Shown here in pieces: positions 1 to 6,529 of a DNA stretch of 24,532 bases. Numbering within the stretch: the stretch's first letter is position 1; the number at the start of each line of letters is the position of its first letter. This stretch comes from a virus. Taxonomy: Duplodnaviria > Caudoviricetes. The DNA lies in the IMG/VR virus record IMGVR_UViG_3300044645_001351, positions 1 through 24,532 of that record. One strand, 5' to 3'. The translations under genes were made by a program, and so were the position numbers. The notes below the pieces were generated by a model. That model saw only the letters and a list, made by a program, of their open reading frames with translations. It had not been told where the DNA came from and made no database searches.

Positions 1-517
1 CCTGCAGCGTTCGCTGCTTGGGAGCCTTGCGAGTCGACTGGCGCGGTGCTTCGACCGCGACCTCGTTCGCCTGATCGACCTCCTGCATGGCTGCGAAGTA
101 CGCGCTCACCATTGCCTGACTCACGCCACAGTGCTGCGCGATCTGTTGGTAGGTCGCGTCAGGACATGCGGCAAGCGCAAGCGTGACGGCTCGCGCCTTG
201 TCCGCGTTCGTCCTGCGCAGGCCGTGCGATTGGTTCACGGCCGCTGCTGACCACTGCGCGTCTGCGATCGTGCTGCCTTCGACCACCACACAGTCGATGC
301 TCTTGAGACCCAACTGCGATGCCGCCATGACTCGATGCCACCCATCGATGATGATGGCCTGACCATCGACCATCATCACCTCGATGGGCGGGAACGATGC
401 TCCGTCCTGCATTGCCTCCGCATACTCCTCGACGCTTGCCGACCTGATGGCCGTCCTTGCTTGTGCGTCGGGCTCCATTCGCAAGTCTTCCAACCTCATC
501 GCTGTACCGTTCTTCAT
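1..517 (-). CDS. ParB/Srx N-terminal domain + HTH protein (3'-truncated by window edge; absent from ORF track)
   Basis: Manual translation from ATG at 517 (RBS GGAAAGGA): MKNGTAMRLEDLRMEPDAQARTAIRSASVEEYAEAMQDGASFPPIEVMMVDGQAIIIDGWHRVMAA...NQSHGLRRTNADKARAV...TYQQIAQHCGVSQAMVSAY. It has the ParB-like FPPI...IDGWHR motif followed by an HTH, and the frame is open to the window start. Confidence 0.85.
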   Translation of the reverse strand, partial: MKNGTAMRLEDLRMEPDAQARTAIRSASVEEYAEAMQDGASFPPIEVMMVDGQAIIIDGWHRVMAASQLGLKSIDCVVVEGSTIADAQWSAAAVNQSHGLRRTNADKARAVTLALAACPDATYQQIAQHCGVSQAMVSAYFAAMQEVDQANEVAVEAPRQSTRKAPKQRTLQ

Positions 518-812
518 CGCAGTCCTTTCCGTGTTGCTGTGGTGAGGGAGCGCGACCCAACGCGGGTCGCAGTCCGTTGCCGTTGGCTTCGGTCGCTGGG
601 CATCAGTTCACCATTTCGCTGCTCGTGTGTGCAGCCACCGCATGATGCCTTGAGTGCGTGGCTCGCGCCACGGGGCAAGGTAGGTCGCCTGTCCTTGCCT
701 CTCGCCGTGCAAACGAACGCACGGCCACGATCGACTTGACTGGAACGCTGTCGGTGCGTTGCTCGTTCACCCGCAGGTGTCGCGCCCTCCGAGCGTGGGC
801 GATTGATTGGAG
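518..812 (-). ncRNA. Candidate structured leader RNA upstream of the ParB-like gene
   Basis: No convincing ORF. Consecutive hairpins at 704-725, 674-699, 657-672 (GCGA GNRA loop on minus strand) and 552-570. Confidence 0.4.
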
Positions 813-816
813 GCGC

Positions 817-846
817 ATCATAGTCACACGATAAACCATGATTGAA
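817..846 (-). promoter_or_regulatory. Putative sigma70 promoter
   Basis: Minus strand TTCAAT(846-841)-N18-TATGAT(822-817) in a locally AT-richer intergenic gap. Confidence 0.4.
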
Positions 847-847
847 G

Positions 848-905
848 GCCACCCATGCGCGTCAACGCATGAGTGGCGAAACGATAGTTCTTCAACTTGA
901 AGAAC
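848..905. promoter_or_regulatory. Hairpin (848-877) and perfect 9-bp inverted repeat (887-905) after the ERF gene
   Basis: GTTCTTCAA-C-TTGAAGAAC is operator-like. GCCACTCATGCG-TTGACG-CGCATGGGTGGC forms a stem on the minus strand with one G-U pair. Confidence 0.45.
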
Positions 906-911
906 GATGGT

Positions 912-1646
912 TCATGCGACAGGCTTTGCCGCCTGCGCTGTGATCCACTTCTCAATGCGAGGCATCAACGAGATGGGCCATGTGTGAACCTCGGGGCTTG
1001 GCAGCGGCACGCCTGCCTTCACCATCGCGCTGTGCAACTGCGCGAGCGTCGCGCCCGTCACCTGCACACGCTGACGCAGCGAGGCTGCGCCTTCAAGTCC
1101 GATGCGCTCCTCGGGCTTGGTGACCGTGCGATCGTCGCGCGCATCCATCTCTGGTGCCTTGACCATCTGCTGCGAGTCATCCTCCTTCGGAACCATCAGC
1201 AAGTCACGCAGGAAGTAGCCGAGGCTTGAAGTCAGGGCAGTCGCGACTGCCTTGTCTTCGCCCTTGCCACTCTGACCGACCAACGGGAACGGGCACACAC
1301 CCATCTCGACTGTGCCGTTCGTGTGATGCAGTCGGAAACGACTCAACACGACTGGGCCGTACTCCGTGCGCATGATGTCCCACGAGCGCGTGAGTGCGAG
1401 GCCGGCGCCGAGCAATGCCTCGCGGCATGCACCGATCATGTCCTCTGCACTCGTGTAGGCGTATCGCTGATTGCCGAAGGCAACACGCGAGTCCTTCACC
1501 ACGCGAGCCATCGCTGCCTGCGCTGCGATGAGTCGCCACTCCCATGTGCGTGTCTGACTGTCGATCTCTTCCTTGAGGTCGATGGCGTGCTGGTTCGGCG
1601 CATTCATTGCGTCCACGATCTTGTCCTTGGTGCGTGTCATGGTCAA
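912..1646 (-). CDS. ERF-family single-strand annealing protein (recombinase)
   Basis: ERF-like motifs YAYTSAEDMIGACREALLGAGL and DKAVATALTSSLGYFLRDLLMVP; directly downstream of the YqaJ exonuclease. Confidence 0.75.
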   Translation of the reverse strand: MTMTRTKDKIVDAMNAPNQHAIDLKEEIDSQTRTWEWRLIAAQAAMARVVKDSRVAFGNQRYAYTSAEDMIGACREALLGAGLALTRSWDIMRTEYGPVVLSRFRLHHTNGTVEMGVCPFPLVGQSGKGEDKAVATALTSSLGYFLRDLLMVPKEDDSQQMVKAPEMDARDDRTVTKPEERIGLEGAASLRQRVQVTGATLAQLHSAMVKAGVPLPSPEVHTWPISLMPRIEKWITAQAAKPVA

Positions 1647-2548
1647 TCCTTCTTCTTCCTGATGTCGATGCGCTTGTACCCGGACGGCACAACGAAGCGT
1701 GAGGCGAGTTCAGGATGCTCGGCCTCGAATGACTTGCGATCGAATCGATCAGTCGCCACATCGGTGACTGCGATTGAGTACGGCCCAGTGCGACCTCGAC
1801 GATGACTGCCGAGGTGCTTCAACAACTCAGACTTCGCTGCCTCGTACTTGCGTTCAGCGATGTCCAGTTCGCGCTTGAGCGTCTCCTCTGCCGTGAACAG
1901 ATCAAGGTGATCGCTCATGTCCTTCTCGTCGTCGATGCGCTCCATGGTCTTGAGCAGGTCGATCGATGCGGACTCTGCAGGCGGGACATCTTCAACGATG
2001 TGCCTGCCCCACCATGCGTCGATTCGATCGAGTAGGTACTCGGTGAAGCCCGAGTCGAACTCGACGCGATACAACTTGAAGTGCAGGCCCCATGACCCGA
2101 CGAGACACCCGACATGCGCCAAGTGCGAACTGCTGCAGGCCATCTGATACGAGACCTGCACGCGCACGGCCATCGGCACTTGATCGGTGCCTTCCGTGCC
2201 CCACTCGTCGGCCACGCCCGTCGTCTTGATCTCAACGATGTCGCTGCCTCGCCGCGCCTCACCAACCATGCCATCGATGTTGGCACGGAAGTGTGGCCGA
2301 TGCCCGACGAAGGTCGTACTCGGTCGGACGATGCGCGTGCCAAGTCGCTCTCCTGCGAGTTGCAGAAGCGTCGGCTCCAGCACTTGCCCAAGGCGCATCG
2401 CGTTGTTGGTGACTGGCGATTGCGCTCGGCCAGTCTTGATCAGCCACAGGTCATACGGTGTCTGCCATCGATTGCATCCCATGATGGTCGCAGCCTCACT
2501 GCTGCCGATGCCTTTGGCTCTGTCGTCGCGTTGCTTGTCTGTGATCAC
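1643..2548 (-). CDS. YqaJ-like viral recombinase / lambda-exonuclease-family protein
   Basis: RAKGIGSSEAATIMG..TPYDLWLIKTG, MRLGQVLEP, RANIDG, VEIKT, QVSYQM motifs. Confidence 0.92.
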   Translation of the reverse strand: MITDKQRDDRAKGIGSSEAATIMGCNRWQTPYDLWLIKTGRAQSPVTNNAMRLGQVLEPTLLQLAGERLGTRIVRPSTTFVGHRPHFRANIDGMVGEARRGSDIVEIKTTGVADEWGTEGTDQVPMAVRVQVSYQMACSSSHLAHVGCLVGSWGLHFKLYRVEFDSGFTEYLLDRIDAWWGRHIVEDVPPAESASIDLLKTMERIDDEKDMSDHLDLFTAEETLKRELDIAERKYEAAKSELLKHLGSHRRGRTGPYSIAVTDVATDRFDRKSFEAEHPELASRFVVPSGYKRIDIRKKKD

Positions 2549-2763
2549 TTGTCGCCGTCCTTTCCGGGCTTGCTGCCCTTGCGTGGTCTACCGTTCTTGC
2601 CGGGACGCAGTTGTGACACTTGTTCCTGCGTCCAGAATCGCCGACCGCCCAGCAACACGGGAGGGATACCCCTCGCTGCTGCGAGTTGCTGAACTCGGCC
2701 TAGTGACACTCCGAGGATGTCCGCGACCAATCGTGTCGGAATCAGATTGGGCACTTGACTCAT
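2545..2763 (-). CDS. Small HTH DNA-binding protein (excisionase/MerR-like) with AT-hook-like GRPRK tail
   Basis: From ATG 2763 (ATGA overlap with upstream stop): TRLVADILGVSLGRVQQLA...GGRRFWTQEQV...NGRPRK. Confidence 0.75.
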   Translation of the reverse strand: MSQVPNLIPTRLVADILGVSLGRVQQLAAARGIPPVLLGGRRFWTQEQVSQLRPGKNGRPRKGSKPGKDGDK

Positions 2764-2978
2764 CGACCGCCTCGCACTTCTCGCAACTGCGCGCCAATGC
2801 GCCGCGCTTCGCGTCTCCACCACTCACGCGATGCTGATCCAACATCGCCTCGGTAGACCCATGTGAGTCCACCGTCTCGTGACTCCGATGCCACATACCC
2901 ACGACCGTATGGGTCGCCGTTCTCACGAAGTTCCAACACCACCTTGAGCGGTCGTCGCTCTGCGTTCTCTGTCTTCAT
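2760..2978 (-). CDS. Hypothetical protein (72 aa)
   Basis: ATG at 2978 preceded by AGAAAGGCAAGG; its stop overlaps the next start. Confidence 0.7.
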   Translation of the reverse strand: MKTENAERRPLKVVLELRENGDPYGRGYVASESRDGGLTWVYRGDVGSASREWWRREARRIGAQLREVRGGR

Positions 2979-3030
2979 TGCCTTGCCTTTCTGGTTTGGT
3001 ACGCTGTCAGCGTCGCGTCTTTGCACGCCG

Positions 3031-3060
3031 GGGAGGCGGTCGTGTCGGCGACCGCCTCCC
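3031..3060 (-). other. 12-bp GC-rich hairpin downstream of the DUF932 gene
   Basis: GGGAGGCGGTCG-N6-CGACCGCCTCCC, with no U-tract on the minus strand. Confidence 0.6.
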
Positions 3061-3075
3061 CACTCTCAATCACAC

Positions 3076-3939
3076 TCAATCGTCAACGCCACCGACATCG
3101 AGCACGCTGGCCTCTTCAGCGTTGCCCACGAACCCATCCAACAGACCGATGAGGCGACTCGTGCGCTTCGGGCTTGCCATCGGCGAAGGCTTCTGCTTCT
3201 CGACCTCGGTGAAGGCGTTCAGCAGTCGCCACGCAGTGCGCGCACCGAAGGCAGGGTCTTCGTCGCGGCATCGCACAGCCAGTCCGCCCGGGCCGTCCTC
3301 GCGTCGCCACTCGCGCAGCACATGAGGCAATGCCTGCGGTGTGATTGCACGGCGATCCATCGCTCGGATCATGAAGTCATGCACCTGATCCTCGCTCTCG
3401 ATCGCGAACTGCTTGTAGGACGCGATGCGATTCGCCTCTGCCCGCATGCCCTGCACCATGTTGCCGAACGCGCCCGAGACGAGTCCGGGCATGTCGCGCT
3501 CGATGAACCGTGTGTGCTTGCGTGCGAATCGAAACACGGACTTGCCCGTACCGCTGAAGGCAAGGTTGTCGCACACGAACACGCGCGACCCAAGGATCGC
3601 CTCGGCTGCGAATGACTTGTCGTGTGCGTTGCGAATGCCCAGCACCCACTGATAGGTGCCGTCGGTCTCAAGGCACGACTCGTCGCTCGAACCATACGGT
3701 CGCTTGATCGCAAGCAGACCGAAGTAGCGCAGGCCGTCACCGAGCAGTGCATGCGCATACTCCGTGATCGTCCAACCGAGGTCTGCGACGGTCTGCTCGA
3801 CCATGCGCAGCACAGCGATGTGTGCGATCGGGAAGTGAGTGTCAGTCGCCTCGGGCGTGATGACATCGCACACCTGCTGCCTCTCGACCTGATGCGCTCC
3901 TGCGTGAAGAACCAACGATGAGTTTCCGATTGCGACCAT
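3076..3939 (-). CDS. DUF932-family protein
   Basis: Motifs TDTHFPIAH, YFGLL, LGIRNAHDKSF..ILGSRVFVCDNLAFSG, RKHT, TAWRLLNAFTE. Start at ATG 3939 after AAGGAG. Confidence 0.8.
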   Translation of the reverse strand: MVAIGNSSLVLHAGAHQVERQQVCDVITPEATDTHFPIAHIAVLRMVEQTVADLGWTITEYAHALLGDGLRYFGLLAIKRPYGSSDESCLETDGTYQWVLGIRNAHDKSFAAEAILGSRVFVCDNLAFSGTGKSVFRFARKHTRFIERDMPGLVSGAFGNMVQGMRAEANRIASYKQFAIESEDQVHDFMIRAMDRRAITPQALPHVLREWRREDGPGGLAVRCRDEDPAFGARTAWRLLNAFTEVEKQKPSPMASPKRTSRLIGLLDGFVGNAEEASVLDVGGVDD

Positions 3940-4041
3940 GGGTCGCTCCTTGCTGCCGCTGTGCGGCGTTTGATGAAGTGAGTTCCCGTCAACGCGACAG
4001 GCCAGCACGCCGTCCCATGACGGCGTGCGTGGCTTGCTTCG
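3940..4041 (-). repeat. Structured intergenic repeat, copy R1
   Basis: Core 3998-4036 CAGGCCAGCACGCCGTCCCATGACGGCGTGCGTGGCTTG (+ strand) is identical to 5104-5142. It is followed on the transcript by hairpin 2, a CTCACT linker, hairpin 3 and the RBS. Confidence 0.92.
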
Positions 4042-4323
4042 TCACTCGCCCGCAAGTTCAGCCGACCGCTTGTCGAGCCATCGCTTCGCAGCGATATCGA
4101 GTGGCTCAAGGACGACCAGCGGTGGATCCCATCCGAGGTCGCGTGCGATCTCGGTGGGGCTCGTCGCTCCTCGCACCAACGACTGCAGAATGCGCTCGCA
4201 GTCCTTGCCGAGTCGAAGCCGACGCAACGCGACCACCGCGTACTCCTCGTTCGCCTTCATGTCCTTCGCCGCCTTGCTGCGAAGGCAGTGCATCAGATGC
4301 TCAAAGTGCTTGCTACCCATCAT
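4042..4323 (-). CDS. Hypothetical protein, possible C-terminal HTH
   Basis: AAGGAG RBS; ATSPTEIARDLGWD is HTH-like; the stop abuts repeat R1. Confidence 0.7.
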   Translation of the reverse strand: MMGSKHFEHLMHCLRSKAAKDMKANEEYAVVALRRLRLGKDCERILQSLVRGATSPTEIARDLGWDPPLVVLEPLDIAAKRWLDKRSAELAGE

Positions 4324-4523
4324 GCGAGTCTCCTTGTCGTGTTGAGTTTCTTGAGTGCCGATCGCAACTTGCGAAGGGCTGTGGATTCGTGAGACCGAAC
4401 CGCGTTGACACTGATCCCGAGCATGGCTGCGACCTGCTCGCTACTGCGAACAGGCTGCAAGTGCGCGCGCCACCAGTTCGGTCGCAACGCGATCGATGGT
4501 GCGCAGCACTTATGCCTTCGCAT
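4320..4523 (-). CDS. Stand-alone sigma70 region-4-like HTH protein
   Basis: SSEQVAAMLGISVNAVRSHESTALRKLR resembles the sigma region 4.2 pattern; GGAGG RBS. Confidence 0.7.
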   Translation of the reverse strand: MRRHKCCAPSIALRPNWWRAHLQPVRSSEQVAAMLGISVNAVRSHESTALRKLRSALKKLNTTRRLA

Positions 4524-5037
4524 TAGTCGCCTCCGTGCTGTTGCGCACCAATGCGATTGCGATCGCAGTCAGGAACTCATCATTCTTGACCAGACGCTGC
4601 GCAAGCACCTCTGCCCATCCTTCGCGCTGCTCCTCGATCTGCTCCATGATCTGCTCGATGCAGTCATCCTTGATCTCGTCGCCGACCGTCTCGACGATCT
4701 CGTCCGTGCATTGACTCACGCTGATGTTCTCTACCAACTCATCCGTGACCATGCGCTCGATGTCATCGGTGCTGAGGTTGTAGACAATCTTCTCAACGAT
4801 GTCGTCCGTGTCCACATCGGTGTTCTCGATGAGTGACTGCTCCACCTCTCGCGTGATGCCTTCAAGGTCAACCGCATCGATGATGCGCTCGCTGGCCTCT
4901 CGCGCCATGTCGTCGATGCTGATGAGTTCAACGCATTCGGTGATGCAACGCTGCACGAAGTCCTCGTCTGCATGTGCCCACATGAATGCTGCGAAGCGAG
5001 TCTGCATGCCACGGTACGCGGTCTTGATGAAACCCAT
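4510..5037 (-). CDS. Highly acidic protein with internal ~15-17 aa helical repeats
   Basis: ATG 5037 after CAGGAG; D/E-rich repeated units (ISIDDMAREASERII / VDLEGITREVEQSLI / VDTDDIVEKIV / LSTDDIERMVTDELV). Confidence 0.8.
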   Translation of the reverse strand: MGFIKTAYRGMQTRFAAFMWAHADEDFVQRCITECVELISIDDMAREASERIIDAVDLEGITREVEQSLIENTDVDTDDIVEKIVYNLSTDDIERMVTDELVENISVSQCTDEIVETVGDEIKDDCIEQIMEQIEEQREGWAEVLAQRLVKNDEFLTAIAIALVRNSTEATNAKA

Positions 5038-5147
5038 AGTGATCTCCTGCCGCTGGGCGGCATTGGATGATGAAGTGAGATGAGTGATGATCCTGCAACG
5101 ATGCAGGCCAGCACGCCGTCCCATGACGGCGTGCGTGGCTTGTGTCG
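5038..5147 (-). repeat. Structured intergenic repeat, copy R2
   Basis: Core 5104-5142 is identical to R1; hairpin 2 CCTGCA-TCGT-TGCAGG; hairpin 3 GCCGC-CCA-GCGGC then AGGAG. Confidence 0.92.
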
Positions 5148-5513
5148 TCACTCCGAGACGGTGGCGATGCGCTTGACCTCGCTCACACACTCGCGCTCAA
5201 GTGCCTTGCCCATCTTGGCAAGGAACTGCTTGCGCGTCTTGTTAGACACATTGGTGTTGAGGCCGATGTGATCCGTGAGGTTCTGGCGCGTGATTGATGA
5301 CCAACCTTCATCGGCGTAGACGCGCCCGATGCACTGCAGTCGCACGAGCCACTCGTCCACATTCTTCGCGCTGATCTCTCCGAGGTCGACTGCCATCGTT
5401 GCGAAGATGAGAGTGTGCGTGAGGCCTCGCATCACTTCTTCACCAGACGAGTCCTTGCGCCAGCAGGTGGTCTCGGTGTTGGCGATCTTGCTCAGGTTCC
5501 AGTTCAGGCTCAT
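5148..5513 (-). CDS. Hypothetical protein (121 aa)
   Basis: MSLNWNLSKIANTETTCW...; fills the space between R3 and R2 exactly. Confidence 0.8.
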   Translation of the reverse strand: MSLNWNLSKIANTETTCWRKDSSGEEVMRGLTHTLIFATMAVDLGEISAKNVDEWLVRLQCIGRVYADEGWSSITRQNLTDHIGLNTNVSNKTRKQFLAKMGKALERECVSEVKRIATVSE

Positions 5514-5616
5514 GGCGTATCCATTCTGCGGCTGTGCCGCGTTGATGTAGTGAGTCCTGCGACGATGCAGGCCAGCACGCTCGCGGGTGCGAGCGTGCGT
5601 GGCTTGTGCCGTCAGT
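5514..5616 (-). repeat. Structured intergenic repeat, copy R3
   Basis: Core 5568-5606 CAGGCCAGCACGCTCGCGGGTGCGAGCGTGCGTGGCTTG. The inner stem is changed from CGTC/GACG to TCGC/GCGA with pairing preserved. Confidence 0.92.
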
Positions 5617-5943
5617 TCACCATTCGCGATACGGTGCTTCGACGCGCGGCTCGTAGTTGTCTGCGCAAGCCATGTTGCGCTCGTGCTCCTCCTGCGCAGC
5701 CTTGGCGTCCTTGAAGAGGCGTGGCAGTTCGTCAGACGCGATCTCAATCGACTCGCCGCTGCGCAGATCAGTCAGGATGATGGTCGCCCAAGTGTCGACC
5801 TCTGCACCCTTCGGTGCTGCGTCGAGCCTCGCCTCGATCTTGAAGTTCCAGTCCTTGACAGTCGCTGCGATGCTGCGATGCCCACGACCCGTGGGCTTGT
5901 TCTTGGCGGCGCAGTCGTTGATGGTGGCGTAGAGAGCGGACAT
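5617..5943 (-). CDS. Hypothetical protein (108 aa)
   Basis: MSALYATINDCAAKNKPTGRGHRSI...; AAGGAG RBS; lies between R4 and R3. Confidence 0.8.
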   Translation of the reverse strand: MSALYATINDCAAKNKPTGRGHRSIAATVKDWNFKIEARLDAAPKGAEVDTWATIILTDLRSGESIEIASDELPRLFKDAKAAQEEHERNMACADNYEPRVEAPYREW

Positions 5944-6042
5944 GAGTGACTCCTTGCGGCTGTTGCCGCGTTGGGGTGTAGTGAGTCCTGCGAAGTTGCA
6001 GGCCAGCACGCCGTCCTGCGACGGCATGCGTGGCTTGTCACT
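5944..6042 (-). repeat. Structured intergenic repeat, copy R4
   Basis: Core 5999-6037 CAGGCCAGCACGCCGTCCTGCGACGGCATGCGTGGCTTG. The single substitution gives a U-G pair on the minus strand only. Confidence 0.92.
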
Positions 6043-6417
6043 TCACTTGCAGTCGTTGAACCGCCACTCAAGGTTGTCGATGTGTCGATTCATCTGATCC
6101 CTCATGTGGTTGAGGTAGTACTCGACCGACTTGGAGCACATCTCGCAGTCGCTCTCGGCTGCGTCATACTTCCTCTCCAGAGCAGCCAGCTTCGTCTCAA
6201 GCCTCTTGATGCTCGCAACGACCTTGGCAGTGCGATTGACGATGAACTTGAGATCGGTGAGTTGATCGTCCACGGCATCGATCTGCTCCGCGATCGTCGA
6301 TAGAACCTGTTGGGCTTCCGCTGCTTCCTCGTATCGCTTCACGAGGTCGAGCAGCGAGTTGCTGGTTGCGGCGTTGACGATGTTGAAACGGCGAGCGAGG
6401 TTGTGCGTCTTCTTCAT
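6043..6417 (-). CDS. Coiled-coil hypothetical protein (124 aa)
   Basis: ATG 6417 after AAGGA; heptad-like IAEQIDAVDDQLTDL...IKRLETKLAALERKY. Confidence 0.8.
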   Translation of the reverse strand: MKKTHNLARRFNIVNAATSNSLLDLVKRYEEAAEAQQVLSTIAEQIDAVDDQLTDLKFIVNRTAKVVASIKRLETKLAALERKYDAAESDCEMCSKSVEYYLNHMRDQMNRHIDNLEWRFNDCK

Positions 6418-6521
6418 GTGAGTGTCCTTGCGGCGGTTGCCGCGTTGGTGGTGTGCATCTTGTTCCGCGAACAAGAACCAGCCAGCCGTCTGACTCGACG
6501 GCTGGCGTGGTTGTTCTTCGC
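6418..6521 (-). repeat. Divergent repeat copy R5 at the head of the array
   Basis: CCA-GCCAGCCGTC-TGACTC-GACGGCTGGC-G-TGG (6478-6510) keeps the 10-bp stem and the same bulge, extended to 6467-6521. Hairpin 3 GCGGC-AACC-GCCGC-AAGGA precedes the ATG at 6417. Confidence 0.75.
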
Positions 6522-6529
6522 GCTATTGA

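Noticed and set aside
603-5624. 13-nt match TCAGTTCACCATT at 603-615 and 5612-5624
   Set aside because: A few 13-mer matches are expected by chance in 24.5 kb, and there is no shared flanking context.
3998-6037. Repeats as a CRISPR array
   Set aside because: The intervening segments are about 390-1070 nt of intact ORFs rather than 30-40-nt spacers, and no cas genes are visible.
3940-6042. Repeats as canonical integron attC sites or intrinsic terminators
   Set aside because: No RYYYAAC/GTTRRRY boxes bound the stems, no integron integrase is in the window, and no U-tract follows the stems.
4510-6474. Long N-terminal extensions given by the ORF track for cassette genes (starts 5190, 5747, 6027, 6474)
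   Set aside because: They run through the intergenic repeats; internal ATGs with an RBS directly after hairpin 3 are better starts.
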